Below, piece by piece: positions 1-13,700 of a DNA stretch of 64,000 nucleotides. A program made the position numbers and the translations under genes. Below the pieces are notes generated by a model. It searched no databases. It was not told the origin of the DNA and saw only the letters and a program-made list of their open reading frames with translations. The stretch's first letter is position 1, and each line of letters opens with the position of its first letter. The DNA is from Macrostomum lignano (lineage: Eukaryota), in assembly GCA_002269645.1 (NCBI GenBank), contig NIVC01001581.1, forward strand, positions 62,001-126,000, in the 5' to 3' direction.

Positions 1-1674
1 GGTACTTACGCTGGCAATGACGCTATTGTGGCATTCGCTAGATTGCATAAGCTCAACATAGTTATTCATCAGCTGGCCTCGCCGCCCTGGCAGATTGGCG
101 GTAGCGGCGCCTCCGGCACTAGCGACAACGCTACAGATAGCGTTGTCATGCCAACCCAGCCTAGTAACAAGCAGTTACACCTGGCCTATCACAATGGCGA
201 GCATTATTCTAGTATCAGGCGACTAGGTGATAGGTCAGCTACGCCGGCTAATGTGTCAATCAAATTTGATCAGCAAACTGCTTCAATTTCTGGCAACAAT
301 AAGTCGGCTTTATCAGCGGCCGCCGCTGTTGCCGCTAGCACTTCGTCGATGCCTGAACCGTCCGCGGCCGAGCTTAACACGCTTGTGTCCGAGGTTGTCA
401 ATCGTACAGGTTGCAACGATGTCGATCTGATTGCTGAATCGCTGCGGGAGTTGCAATTCGACCTTGATGAGACGGCGGCCTACGTCTTTCAGGTGAGGAC
501 ACACTGACAGATGCTGAGACACACTGACAGATTCTGAGACACACTGATAGATGCTGAGACACACTGACAGATGCTGAGACACACTGACAGATGCTGAGAC
601 ACACTGACAGATGCTGAGACACACTGACAGATGCTGAGACACACTGACAGATGCTGAGACACACTGACAGATGCTGAGACACACTGACAGATGCTGAGAC
701 ACACTGACAGATGCTGAGACACACTGACAGATGCTGAGACACACTGACAGATTCTGAGACACACTGATAGATGCTGAGACACACTGACAGATGCTGAGAC
801 ACACTGACAGATGCTGAGACACACTGACAGATGCTGAGACACACTGATAGATGCTGAGACACACTGACAGATGCTGAGACACACTGACAGATGCTGAGAC
901 ACACTGACAGATGCTGAGACACACTGACAGATGCTGAGACACACTGACAGATGCTGAGACACACTGACAGATGCTGAGACACACTGACAGATTCTGAGAC
1001 ACACTGACAGATGCTGAGACACACTGACATATTCTGAGACACACTGACAGATGCTGAGACACACTGACAGATGCTGAGACACTGACAGATGCTGAGACAC
1101 ACTGACAGATGCTGAGACACTGACAGATGCTGAGACACACTGACAGATGCTGAGACACACTGACGCAGATGCTGAGACGGATTTTAAAACATACTGAGAC
1201 ATACAATAGAAAGACAGGAAGACACACTAAAATGGACACAAAGTCCTACATTAACATGACATACTAAGGCGTATGCTAAGACACATAAGACTTATGACAC
1301 AGACTTCACTAAGACAGCTACCGAGACACAGACAAACACTAAGATAGACAGTTAATTAATTAATAAAATAAGAATGAAATAAAATAAATTTATTTAATCC
1401 GCAGGTGCTCGAATCTGTAGTTAACGACGAAGCGTCAGTTGGCGCCAATCCGTCCACCCTTGTATTGGAGCAGCAACTGGAGCAACATCAGCTCCAGCAG
1501 CATCGGCAGCGTACTAAACCAACTAAGCGCGAAGCGAAACTATTGAAGAAAGAGCGAGCCACTGAGAGGCACAGGCGCATGCAGCTGCAGTCGGGCGATG
1601 ATGCCGACACAGACGAGACTGGCGCCGCTTCCGCCCTGATGATTCAGGCTGGCTCGCCGTTGCTGCAGCTATGA
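1..1674 (+). CDS. OTUD3: OTU deubiquitinase OTUD3-like, 3' part (exons <1-492, 1405-1674)
   Basis: Frame from base 1 reads GTYAGNDAIVAFARLHKLNIVIHQL...LHLAYHNGEHYSSIRR, matching the OTUD3 OTU C-terminus with the catalytic His loop. It is followed by a UBA-like segment (VVNRTGCNDVDLIAESL) and a basic C-terminal tail. Phase-0 intron CAG|GTGAGG (493) to GCAG|GTG (1404). Confidence 0.9.
497..1190. repeat. 20-bp minisatellite (ACACTGACAGATGCTGAGAC)n in the OTUD3 intron
   Basis: Direct inspection; starts a few nt after the donor; explains ORFs 313-1239, 398-1138 and 489-1202. Confidence 0.97.
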
Positions 1675-2974
1675 TTTTGGTATTCGCTTCTGGATTGTTT
1701 TTTATTTCAATATTGAAGGGCTGCTTGAACAAGGGACTTCTTAGTGCGCCGGGGTTCCCTGCAACCAACAATTGAAGTGGAAATAATTAATATTTTATTA
1801 CATCTATTCTGTTTACTATAAGTCTTTTCTTTATCACTCTTATAAATCCATTCTTATTTATCTGCATATCTATTCTCCGCCTGTCAATATCCATTCTCAG
1901 TCTCTGGGTTTCTACGAGTATTCTCAGTCTCTAGATATCTCTAGATATTTCTTCTCCGTCTTTAAATATCTATTCTCCGTACTTGACCCCTATTCTCCGT
2001 CTTTCAATATCTATTCTTCGTCTCTAAATACTATTCTCAGTCCCTCCACATCTATTCTCATTTCTCCGTCTCTCAATATCTATCTCAGTCTCTCAATATT
2101 TGTTCTGTCTCCCAGTAACTATTCTCTATCTCAATATACAATCTATCTTTAAACAAGTAAATTAGGAAATCGTCAACTAAGCCTTACTTTATTGAATTTC
2201 AGAATCCTGAAGACACAAGCGATAGTATATTTTTAATAATTTAATTTCACATGAAATACCCCATCCTAGTACAGTAGTTTCCTTGTTTACTTTGGTTTCA
2301 CACGCAGGCATGCTTGCTTCATTTCTGTTCTTAACTGTAAATGTTTGCGGTGGTTTATTTGAATATACGTTATAGAATATAAACACACAAATTCGCCTGC
2401 AAGTAATGTGTTCCGTGTTGAAGTAAATAGAAATTTAAGTCCCTTTATTTTATACTTTCGTGAGTCCCGCCCAATGCCTCCATAGTACCCTAGTCCATTT
2501 TTCTGTTTAGATATTTGAACAGTAAAGTTAAGACAGAGCAAATTCTTTTTAGGTTGCTTCTTATATGTTTCGGTGTGTATATGTATATCGCTTATGAATA
2601 GGCCCGCTGTATTAGCTGGAATAAGATTAAAAGATTGGCCTACTTTTTAAAAATATATATAAATATATGGGAACAATATTATCATTTTCCTTTTTCTGTT
2701 AGACGAAAAAAGGTCATCGCTAAGAAGCGCAACAAACAAGAGAGATAAAAAATCTTCTTCAAGAATATTACTGTTGCTAATGCTTTCGCTTTATTGCCTG
2801 TGTGTATATTCATATAAAACATATTTCTGCGATTGAACTGGTATAACGCTGCTTAACTTTAAAAAAACATTTTCTTTGAACTTGTAAACTAACAGATTAT
2901 CACCTTGTTCTGCTTTTTATTTTTTATTTGTTATAATACGAGACAAACTCCCCTAAGTGTTCGTTTCATAAACA

Positions 2975-3445
2975 TCTAAAGATTCACTCTATAGGTATCT
3001 ATAGATAGACGCTATAAACACCTAAAGATTCACTCTATGACTATCTATAGATTTACTCCATAAATATCTCTGATTCTATAGATTTACTCTATAAGCATAT
3101 GTAGATTCACGATCCAGACATTTATAGATTCACTCTATAGGTATATATAGATTTACTTTATAGGTATCTATATATTTACTCCATAAACATCTATAGATTT
3201 ACTCTGTACGCATAAATAGATTCACCATCCAGGCATCTATAGATTCACTGTATAAGCATAGATTTACCAAGCACTTGCAGATTCCCCATTTAATAATCTA
3301 TAAATTCGCCATCCAAGCATGCATCTTTAGATTTGCTATGTAATCATCTATAGATTTGCCATCCAAGCATCTATAGATTCACCATTCAAAAAGCTCTAGT
3401 CGCCATCGAAGCATCTATAGATAGACGTGTATCTTCAGATCCCTA
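2975..3445. repeat. Degenerate ~22-bp tandem repeat (CATCTATAGATTCACTCTATA-like) upstream of PP5
   Basis: Recurrent CTATAGATT(C/T)AC motif. Confidence 0.75.
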
Positions 3446-3521
3446 TAAGCACTATTCTACATCATTACTGCGAACATCGACAACCGTAGCATTAAACAGC
3501 CAGCAAGCCTCAGGTGAGAAA

Positions 3522-6500
3522 ATGACATCAACAGAGTCCGAAGCTCCGGTCGCGTCTCCGACTTCCACCGCCCTGATGGGGCCGACCTCGCCTCCGCCAG
3601 AGGCTGATCAATTTAAAACTGAAGCCAACTCAGCCTTCAACTTGGGCCATTACGATCAAGCTATCGATTTGTACAGCAAGGCTATCAATTTGTACGATAA
3701 ATCCGCTATTTACTATGCTAATAGAAGCTTTGCCTACTTGAGAACCGAGTGCTTTGGCTACGCCCTGTCGGACGCTAGCCGAGCTATCGCACTCGACCAG
3801 TCCTATATCAAAGCCTATTATCGGCGCGCTTCGGCTAATATGGCTTTGGGCAAATTTAAATTGGCCCTAACCGATTTTGAACAGGTGCACAGGCGCCGGC
3901 CTGGCGATTCGGATGCTAAAGCCAAGTATACCGAGTGTAAGAAGATTGTTCAACAGAAAGCGTTCGAGAAAGCTATTGCTTACGAAGAGAAGAGGGTGAG
4001 TTGTCTGCTTTGAGGTACAGATTGACTCGAATATAACAATTAATGAAAGTGCCGTTCGGCTTAGATCCACCAGCACTGCAAGTTAAGCAGACAGTTTACA
4101 GTGTGACTGATCAGAGTAATCTCACTAACAGCAGGTCTTGCCAGTAGCTTTTCTAAAGTATTTTAATAACTGATAGAACAGGGTCGAGATTCTATCGGAA
4201 CTTTTTTATGTACGTTCTCTAACTACCGTCTCTGTTAATCTGTGTGCCTATAATGGTAATGATACCTTCATTTTTTCATTAATAATTTCATTCCGTTCTA
4301 TGTATCCTATGGAGCATGCAAACAGCTGAATGCTGCTATAGTCTTGATTAATCCACGTATTAATTAATGTTAATATATGTCTTAATTAAAACTACAATCT
4401 TCCTTTCTTAATTAAAATCTCCCAGGTAAGCCCGTGCGACGAGATTAGCCAGTCGCTGCAATCAATGACCATCGAAGACAGCTACGACGGGCCCAAACTA
4501 TCGGAGGAAGGCAATAAAGTGACGCGAGAGTTCGTAACCCAACTGCTTGACTATTATAAGAAATCCAAGGTGCTGCATCGGCGCTACGCCTATCAGATTC
4601 TTGTCGATATGAAGGTGAGCAGCGTTCATTAACCATGATAAAAAAACTATCTGATATAATCGCAGCAGCAGCAGGTTTGCGGACACCCTGGTGCAAAGCC
4701 TTCGGCGACTGCGTCTTACACAACCAGTACTAAGGCAATCCTGTACGCAGGCACACACTCGTACACAGAGGGTGTACAGCTGCCCTGACTTTCTAATCGG
4801 TCAGGCATGTAGACTCTGAGTCTTGGAGGCTTACCTTCTCTACACCTGTTAGCCGTAATTCTCCTAGCGAAGTAACGCCCCTGTGTATTTTAGTATTTGG
4901 ACTAGCGCAGTAGCCCCTGTGTATTTTAGTATATGGACTAGCACAGTAGCCCCTGTGTATTTTAGTATTTGGACTAGCACAGTAGCCCCTGTGTATTTTA
5001 GTATATGGACTAGCACAGTAGCCCCTGTGTATTTTAGTATTTGGACTAGCACAGTAGCCCCTGTGTATTTTAGTATATGGACTAGCACAGTAGCCCCTGT
5101 GTATTTTAGTATTTGGACTAGCACAGTAGCCCCTGTGTATTTTAGTATATGGACTAGCACAGTAGCCCCTGTGTATTTTAGTATTTGGACTAGCACAGTA
5201 GCCCCTGTGTATTTTAGTATTTGGACTAGCACAGTAGCCCCTGTGTATTTTAGTATTTGGACTAGCACAGTAGCCCCTGTGTATTTTAGTATTTGGACTA
5301 GCACAGTAGCCCCTGTGTATTTTAGTATATGGACTAGCACAGTAGCCCCTGTGTATTTTAGTATTTGGACTAGCACAGTAGCCCCTGTGTATTTTAGTAT
5401 TTGGACTAGCACAGTAGCCCCTGTGTATTTTAGTATTTGGACTAGCACAGTACCCCCTGTGTATTTTAGTATTTGGACTAGCACAGTAGCCCCTGTGTAT
5501 TTTAGTATTTGGACTAGCACAGTAGCCCCTGTGTATTTTAGTATTTGGACTAGCACAGTAGCCCCTGTGTATTTTAGTATATGGACTAGCACAGTAGCCC
5601 CTGTGTATTTTAGTATTTGGACTAGCACAGTACCCCCTGTGTATTTTAGTATTTGGACTAGCACAGTAGCCCCTGTGTATTTTAGTATTTGGACTAGCAC
5701 AGTAGCCCCTGTGTATTTTAGTATTTGGACTAGCACAGTAGCCCCTGTGTATTTTAGTATTTGGACTAGCACAGTAGCCCCTGTGTATTTTAGTATATGG
5801 ACTAGCACAGTAGCCCCTGTGTATTTTAGTATTTGGACTAGCACAGTAGCCCCTGTGTATTTTAGTATATGGACTAGCACAGTAGCCCCTGTGTATTTTA
5901 GTATATGGACTAGCGCAGTACCCCCTGTGTATTTTAGTATTTGGACTAGCACATTACCCCCTGTGTGTTTTAGCACAATCTGTAGCACATTCTGTTATCA
6001 ATTTTATTATATTTTTATACATAGTGCTAGCTCAATGCATAACCGGCCCCAATTACTCAGGCCCTACTATCAGCAGAAGCCACTCTAGTTGACGTCGCGG
6101 TGCCCGAAGGCACAAAATTCACAATCTGCGGCGACGTGCATGGTCAGTTCTTCGATTTGCTCAACATCTTCGAGCTCAACGGCCTACCCTCGGAGACCAA
6201 TCCCTACCTTTTCAATGGCGACTTTGTCGATCGCGGCAGCTTCTCTGTTGAGTGCATCTTCACGCTGTTCTCCCTGAAGCTGTTGTATCCTAAATCATTC
6301 TTCTTAGCCAGGGGTAATCACGAATCTGAGTACATGAACAAGATTTACGGCTTCGAAGGCGAGGTGAAGGCCAAATATGCCGACAAAATGGTGCAGCTGT
6401 TTCGGGAGGTCTTCAACTTGTTGCCGTTGGTTCATTTGATTGACGGTCGGATTCTTGTCATGCATGGTGGACTGTTCTCTTGTAAGTGCTGTATTTGGCG

Positions 6501-8251
6501 ATACTGTTGCCTCTGTGCGTGTATTATTAAAAATGAACGCCATTTCATTTGAGGGGACGCCAGCACCAGGTTTCCCCATTGAAAGACTTGCGATTGAAAA
6601 CACCGATATGTTATGCATGCCCTTCTCCCCGATTTTCTCAGCCGACGATGTCACTTTGGAGGATATTCGTAAGATCGACCGCAACATGGACATCCCGGAC
6701 TCGGGCCCGATGTCCGAGCTGCTCTGGTCCGATCCGCAAGACCTTCCTGGCAGGGCGCCCTCTAAACGTGGCGTAGCCGTTCAGTTTGGACCGGATGTGA
6801 CTGAAAGATTCTGCAAGGTGAGCCATAAACGCCTCCCATAGTGTCAGTTGCTAGACCGGCCTCCCAGATTCTCCGTTTCTGGGCCAGCCTCCCAGAGTGT
6901 CAGTTGCTGGGCCAGCCTCCCAGAGTGTCAGTTGCTGGGCCAGCCTCCCAGAGTGTCAGTTGCTGGGCCAGCCTCCCAGATCCTCAGTTGCTGGGCCAGC
7001 CTCCCAGATCCTCAGTTGCTGGGCCAGCCTCCCAGATCCTCAGTTGCTGGGCCAGCCTCCCAGATCCTCAGTTGCTGGGCCAGCCTCCCAGATCCTCAGT
7101 TGCTGGGCCAGCCTCCCAGATCCTCAGTTGCTGGGCCAGCCTCCCAGATCCTCAGTTGCTGGGCCAGCCTCCCAGATCCTCAGTTGCTGGGCCAGCCTCC
7201 CAGATCCTCAGTTGCTGGGCCAGCCTCCCAGATCCTCAGTTGCTGGGCCAGCCTCCCAGATCCTCAGTTGCTGGGCCAGCCTCCCAGATCCTCAGTTGCT
7301 GGGCCAGCCTCCCAGATCCTCAGTTGCTGGGCCAGCCTCCCAGATCCTCAGTTGCTGGGCCAGCCTCCCAGATCCTCAGTTGCTGGGCCAGCCTCCCAGA
7401 TCCTCAGTTGCTGGGCCAGCCTCCCAGATCCTCAGTTGCTGGGCCAGCCTCCCAGATCCTCAGTTGCTGGGCCAGCCTCCCAGATCCTCAGTTGCTGGGC
7501 CAGCCTCCCAGATCCTCAGTTGATAGGCCTCCTCCCAGATCCTCAGTTGATAGGCCTCCTCCCAGATCCTCAGTTGCTGGGCCAGCCTCCCAGATCCTCA
7601 GTTGCTGGGCCAGCCTCCCAGATCCTCAGTTGCTGGGCCAGCCTCCCAGATCCTCAGTTGCTGGGCCAGCCTCCCAGATCCTCAGTTGCTGGGCCAGCCT
7701 CCCAGATCCTCAGTTGCTGGGCCAGCCTCCCAGATCCTCAGTTGCTGGGCCAGCCTCCCAGATCCTCAGTTGCTGGGCCAGCCTCCCAGATCCTCAGTTG
7801 ATAGGCCTCCTCCCAGATCCTCAGTTGATAGGCCTCCTCCCAGATCCTCAGTTGATGGGCCTTCTCCCTTAGATCCTGAAGTGAATCAGCCTTTCCACTT
7901 CATTAAAACGAGCTCCTATATATTAGCGTAGATAATTAGAAATCTACATAGTGCACTACTGTACTTGTTAAGCAACCTGTGGCCCCCTCTCCGCTGCAGA
8001 ACAACGGCCTGGACTACATAGTCCGCAGTCACGAAGTGAAGGAGAAAGGCTATGAAGTGGCTCACTCCGGTCGGTGTATTACGGTATTCTCAGCGCCGAA
8101 CTATTGCGACACAATGGGCAACAAGGGTGCCTACATCACCCTGACTGGCGGCAAAGATCTGTCGCCAAAATTTACCAGCTTCGACTGCGTTCCTCATCCG
8201 ACTGTTCGTCCGATGGCCTACAGCAGCTCTCTTATGCAGCTGTTCTCTTGA
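3522..8251 (+). CDS. PPP5C: Serine/threonine protein phosphatase 5 (exons 3522-3995, 4426-4614, 6061-6481, 6642-6817, 8000-8251)
   Basis: N-terminal TPRs ([33 protein letters not shown]); linker [12 protein letters not shown]; PPP motifs GDVHGQ, GDFVDRG, RGNHE, HGG, LLWSDP, RSHE, SAPNYC. All four GT-AG introns keep frame (phases 0,0,1,0). Confidence 0.97.
4745..4835. mobile_element. Dispersed hairpin-containing repeat, copy 1 (SINE-like, unclassified)
   Basis: GTGTACAGC.GCCCTGACTTTCTAATCGGTCAGGCATGTA core shared with 36230-36385 and 62580-62752. Confidence 0.6.
4878..5975. repeat. 36-bp minisatellite in PP5 intron 2
   Basis: (CTGTGTATTTTAGTATTTGGACTAGCACAGTAGCCC)n; source of ORFs 4864-5988 and 4883-6088. 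Confidence 0.97.
6843..7860. repeat. 28-bp minisatellite in PP5 intron 4
   Basis: (CAGTTGCTGGGCCAGCCTCCCAGATCCT)n. Confidence 0.97.
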
Positions 8252-9039
8252 TCGAGTATTTTTTGCAATTAAAAAATACTTCTTTTTTACAAAAATTGTT
8301 AAAAACTGACAAAAGTGCTACTGATAGTAATAGCTACTGTGTCTTTTTTGAATCTGTCTCGCGGCGCTTGATAAGATCAATGAATAGTTAAGTATGATTA
8401 AAAAAAATTGGATATGCTAATTCTAAAATTAATACTTGAAAGTAAAATGTATGACAAACTATATTGCTTTTTTGTGCTGATAAAATGAAAATTTTTTATC
8501 TCAGTAATGCATTTTTCGTATAAAATAAATCAGCCTTCAATGGTTATCGAAGAAACAAATTCCTTCTTTGGATAAAAACTGGGCAGATTTTCACTACTCA
8601 CAGTAGCTTAATATAGTTGGTAAGTTATAATAATAGAAGCCATCTCAACTTTTTGAAATGTTAATACAGTACTATTAGTAACGTGGAAGTTTATATAAAA
8701 ATGCGTTATATAGTGCCATTGCTTGACTAAACTGTTTTTAATTATAGTAGTGTAAGTAGTATGTAGAAAACTATGCTCCTTTATATATTGTATTCCGGCC
8801 TGTTGAAAGTAGCCTTCTGGCTTCTTTTTGTAGTATGTAGCTTTTCCTTAATCTTTAATGCGGCACTGCTGTTGGATTTTAATTAACTTTTAACGTATTT
8901 TCTTACTATATTCCTACGTTTTTTACTACTCAGAAAATTCATTCTTCTACTTACCAATATGAGGTTAAAAGAATTTGTTAGTTTAGCTAAAAAAATAAGA
9001 CTTTCACTTCTACACACTAAATTTATGAATGTGCCTCGG

Positions 9040-9450
9040 TGTACTCAACCCAGCCCTACCCCATCCTCTCTCGGTGTACTCTCCCCAGAACCCACCCCAT
9101 TCACCTTCAGTGTACTCAGCCCAGAACCCACCCTATCCTCCATCGGTGTACTCACCGCAGCACCCACCCCATCCTCCCTCACTGTACTCACCGCAGCACC
9201 CACCCCATCCTCCCTCACTGTACTCACCGCAGCACCCACCCCATCCTCCCTCACTGTACTCACCGCAGCACCCACCCCATCCTCCCTCACTGTACACACC
9301 GCAGCACCCACCCCATCCTCCTTCACTGTACACACCGCAGCACCCACCCCATCCTCCCTCACTGTACACACCGCAGCACCCACCCCATCCTCCTTCACTG
9401 TACACACCGCAGCACCCACCCCATCCTCCCCCAGTGTACTCACCCCAGCA
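9040..9450. repeat. 36-bp C-rich minisatellite, intergenic
   Basis: (ACTGTACTCACCGCAGCACCCACCCCATCCTCCCTC)n. Confidence 0.93.
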
Positions 9451-10147
9451 CCCTCACACTTCACATTAAATCAATTATGGCAATGTAAAACAGTATAGTC
9501 AAACTAATTAAAGTTACTCAATGTGAGCACTCGAATTAAAAAACGATACATCGTATAAACCAGTAGCTTTCACTTGATAATGACGGAATCCGAAACCAAA
9601 AGAAGTGTATGTGTTTTTTTTTCTTTTAAATAAAAGCTAATGTATTACAAAAAAGAGTGTTCAAAGTGTTTTCCGGTGTGCGCTTTTCTCAGCTTAAATC
9701 TTTATTTAGTTTTGCTAAACTTTTGCCTGCAAACATAATAAATTTCATTAAAGTTATGCGTGGCTTACTGCGAGTACCTAAGAATTGTTTTGTTTCTCTA
9801 ACTGTTAGAGTTAATTTCGTTTCACTTTTAGTTTCATCATTCTTATTTCGTAAGTTAAGTAGAATACATGTGCACTGTTAGTTGTTTTTTGCCCACCCTA
9901 AGAATCTACAGATAATTTATAATTGTTTTTTAATTATTAGAAGTGGCAATTTTCCGATAGTTATATGATTATTGTACTACCAAATACCCATATGTCACTC
10001 TGCTAGGCAACAGAATTTGTTAGTTAAATAATAAAATAGAAAACACTGTTGGCATGACTTTGTTTATCTTTTGATACTATTGATCTTTGATTGCTTTAAT
10101 TTAGTTTGTATTTAATTTAGGAATAAAAGAGTAGAGTTAGAAATAGA

Positions 10148-10675
10148 GAGGTGGGGTTAGAAATGCAGGGGTGGGGTTAGAAATGCAGGGGTGGGGTTAG
10201 AAATGCAGGGGTGGGGTTAGGAATGGATGGGTGGGGTTAGAAATGCAGGGGTGGGGTTAGGAATGGATGGGTGGGGTTAGAAATGCAGGGGTGGGGTTAG
10301 AAATGCAGGGGTGGGGTTAGAAATGCAGGGTGGGGTTAGAAATGCAGGGGTGGGGTTAGGAATGGATGGGTGGGGTTAGAAATGCAAGGGTGGGGTTAGG
10401 AATGGATGGGTGGGGTTAGAAATGCAGGGGTGGGGTTAGAAATGCAGGGGTGGGGTTAGAAATGCAGGGGTGGGGTTAGGAATGGATGGGTGGGGTTAGA
10501 AATGCAGGGGTGGGGTTAGGAATGGATGGGTGGGGTTAGAAATGCAGAGGTGGGGTTAGAAATGCAGGGGTGGGGTTAGGAATGGATGGGTGGGGTTAGA
10601 AATGCAGGGATGGGGTTAGAAATGGAGGGGTGGGGTTAGGAATGGATGGGTGGGGTTAGAAATAGAGGAGTGGGA
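10148..10675. repeat. 20-bp G-rich minisatellite with two unit variants, just upstream of CHK1
   Basis: GGGTGGGGTTAGAAATGCAG and GGGTGGGGTTAGGAATGGAT units interspersed. Confidence 0.95.
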
Positions 10676-10781
10676 TTAAAGTTTGATGTGGGTCTAGATA
10701 GCAAATGTTGTTTTAGCGTGATCGGTACATACACGCCATTAAACATTTGTCTATTTCTGTAAGCCCAACACAGCATCAGCA

Positions 10782-13700
10782 ATGTCATTATCAGCATCAT
10801 CAAGCCAATCTTCATCGCCCTATACCGGCCACTTTGCCGAGAACTTTTTCTGGGGCAACACTCTTGGCGAGGGTGGCAACTCCATAGTGAAACTGGTTTA
10901 TAATCCTCAAACTGAGCAGCGAATGGCTTGCAAAATATTCGACTCAAAAGACTCCATGTCTGGTCCGGGTTTCGAAACTCAACGACAAGATCGACTACGC
11001 CAGGTGCGTAAAGAGTACATGATGCTCAAATTGGTGGAGTCCAGTCCGCACGAGAATGTGTGCAAATTTCTGGGCGTCAGACAGGCTGGCGACACGTATT
11101 TCATGTTCTTCGAGTTGCTCACGGGCGGAGAGCTGTTCAATCACATCGTACCGGATGTTGGCATTCCGGCCAGTCTGGCCAAGATGTACTTTGTGCAAAT
11201 TTGCCGGGCAATCGCTCACCTGCAGACTCTGGGCATTGCGCATCGGGATATTAAATGCGAGAATTGTTTGCTGACTGGCGATTTGCGGACTTTGAAGGTC
11301 ACTGATTTCGGTTGGGCTACAATCTATAGGAGTCAGGTGAGTGTCTGGAGTGAGCATTCTTAAGAATTGCCTGTCACCCTTAGCAATCGCCCACAATCCC
11401 ATAAAGAGAATCGCCCACAATCCCATAAAGAGAATCGCCCACAATCCCATAAAGAGAATCGCCCACAATCCCATACAGAGAATCGCCCACAATCCCATAA
11501 AGAGAATCGCCCACAATCCCATAAAGAGAATCGCCCACAATCCCATACAGAGAATCGTCCACAATCTCATAGAGAATCACCCACAATCTCATAGAGAATC
11601 GCCCACAATTCCATAGAGATAATCGCCCACAATCTCATAGAGAGAATCGCCCACAATCTCAGAGAAAATCGCCCACAACCCCACAATCCCACAATCCCAT
11701 AGAGAGAATCGCCCACAATCCCATAGAGAAAATCGTCCACAATCCCATAAAGAGAATCGCCCACAATATCAGAGAATCGCCTAAAATCTCATAGAGAGAA
11801 TCGCCCACAATCTCATAGAGAGAATCTCTCATAATCTCATAGAGATAATCGCCCACAATCTCTGAGAAAATCGCCCACAACCCCATGGAGAGAATCGTTC
11901 ACAATCCCATAAAGAGAATCGCCCACAATATCAGAGAGAATCTCTCAAAATCTCATAGAAGAGAATCCCCCACAATCCAATAGAGAGAATCGCCCAAAAC
12001 ATCAGAGAATAGCCACTCCCCTACTCCGCACCATTCCCCATCTCTTGCCCACTATAGCAGGGCGCAGTCAGAACCCTGGTCGGCGTGGCCGGCACCGAGC
12101 CGTACATGTGCCCGGAGATGCACGTGACCGACAGGCCCTACAGAGCTGAGCCAGTGGACTATTGGTCAGCCGGGGTAGTCCTAATCGCTATGCTCACTGG
12201 CGAAATGCCCTGGGATCGGGCGCATTCCTCGGAGCCGCATTTTGTCGCCTGGGTTCAGGGCAACAACAATCAAATGCCGTTCGATCGACTGACCGCCGAG
12301 CAATTGACCTTCCTGCGTAAGCTGCTGTGCCTCAGGCCTAGTAAACGGCTGTATGGCGACAGCGTCTTGCAGCATCCGTGGATTCGATCCCGCGACCTGC
12401 CCGAGCCAACTAGGGCCAGAGGTGTGACGCCGCAAATTAGTAGCTCACAGGTGAGCTGCCTACAGGGTTTGATATGGGGCAATGTACTTTTATCGGACTT
12501 ACAGTACATAAGACTAGATTGCAAGAAAACTTGAAAACCCATATCCAGTGCGTGTGCATAGCGAGCGAGAGGGAAAATGGGTGTCCCCAGCCAGGCCGAT
12601 AAACAGTTTAGCTTTCCTGTTGCCCGCTCGTGTGTGACTTCGACTTCTCTCCTTCCTGCTCTCTCATTGGCTGAGCTAGATTGGGCCTGCCCCTAGGCTA
12701 TGTTTCGTCCGTCTGACTTTGACCTCTCTCCTTCCTGCTCTCTCATTGGCTTAGCCAGATTAGGCCTGCCCCCTAGACTGACTTGAGTTTCGTCCATTTT
12801 GCGTTCATTTGCGTACATCAATTTTATTGCTTGTTTATTCTTAGCCCCATATGCCAACCCCGAGGAAGGAAAAGAAATTTTATCTGCTACATTAAATTTA
12901 AATGACACTGCGCAGACAAACTACTGATAAAAAAATCTGACATTCTAGTATTTTGTGGATCTTAGGTACTTCAAAATTCAGAGGGTAATTAAATAAGGTA
13001 TGCACTTTGTAGAATAATACAATACATTGTGCATAGTACTTTTAGGGTAAGTACTGTACGGAATTGTCAATCGTTTATGCACAAGCAAAACAGTGCTGTA
13101 ATTTAATTTCACCGCCACCTTTTACCCTCCCCACCCTCCAGGCCGCTCCCGTATCCTTAAACCTGGATGGCGATTCGAACTCGGGCCCGCCGGCCCTGCT
13201 CAGCCCTGGCGTATTTGTCGCCCCGATTGAATCGGCCGAAGACGAAGCGGCCGTAGCAGCCGCCGCTGCCGCGGCCAAGAATCCGCCCCAGATGACTGGC
13301 GGCTTCACCCAACCAGCCCGGTTAGCAGCCATCCCCCTCGGCACCGCCACTCAGGCCGCCGCGGCCGCTGCTGCAGCCGCTCCGATTACCGCCTCGCAAT
13401 TGGACTCAGCCGAGATGCAGCCAATCGGGTTGCACAGAATGGCGCTAAGATTGACTCGATTCTTTACTAGCACTGATGCGGCCGCTACACAGGAGGAACT
13501 GTTAAAGGCATTGGGCATGGTGTCCGAGCTCCGGGTCACCCAGCAGGATCGAGGAGCTATTCACGTGAGTGGGTGTTCTTTGATTGATTATGAGCATCCT
13601 TATGACTGATTATGAGCAACCCTATGATTGATTAGGAGCAACCCGATGATTGATTATGAGCAACCCTATGATTGATTATGAGCATCCCTATGATTAATTT

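Noticed and set aside
10148-10675. Interstitial telomere or (TTAGGG)n; also (TTAG)n at 35336-36181
   Set aside because: The units are 20-bp and 4-bp repeats, not tandem TTAGGG or TTAGG.
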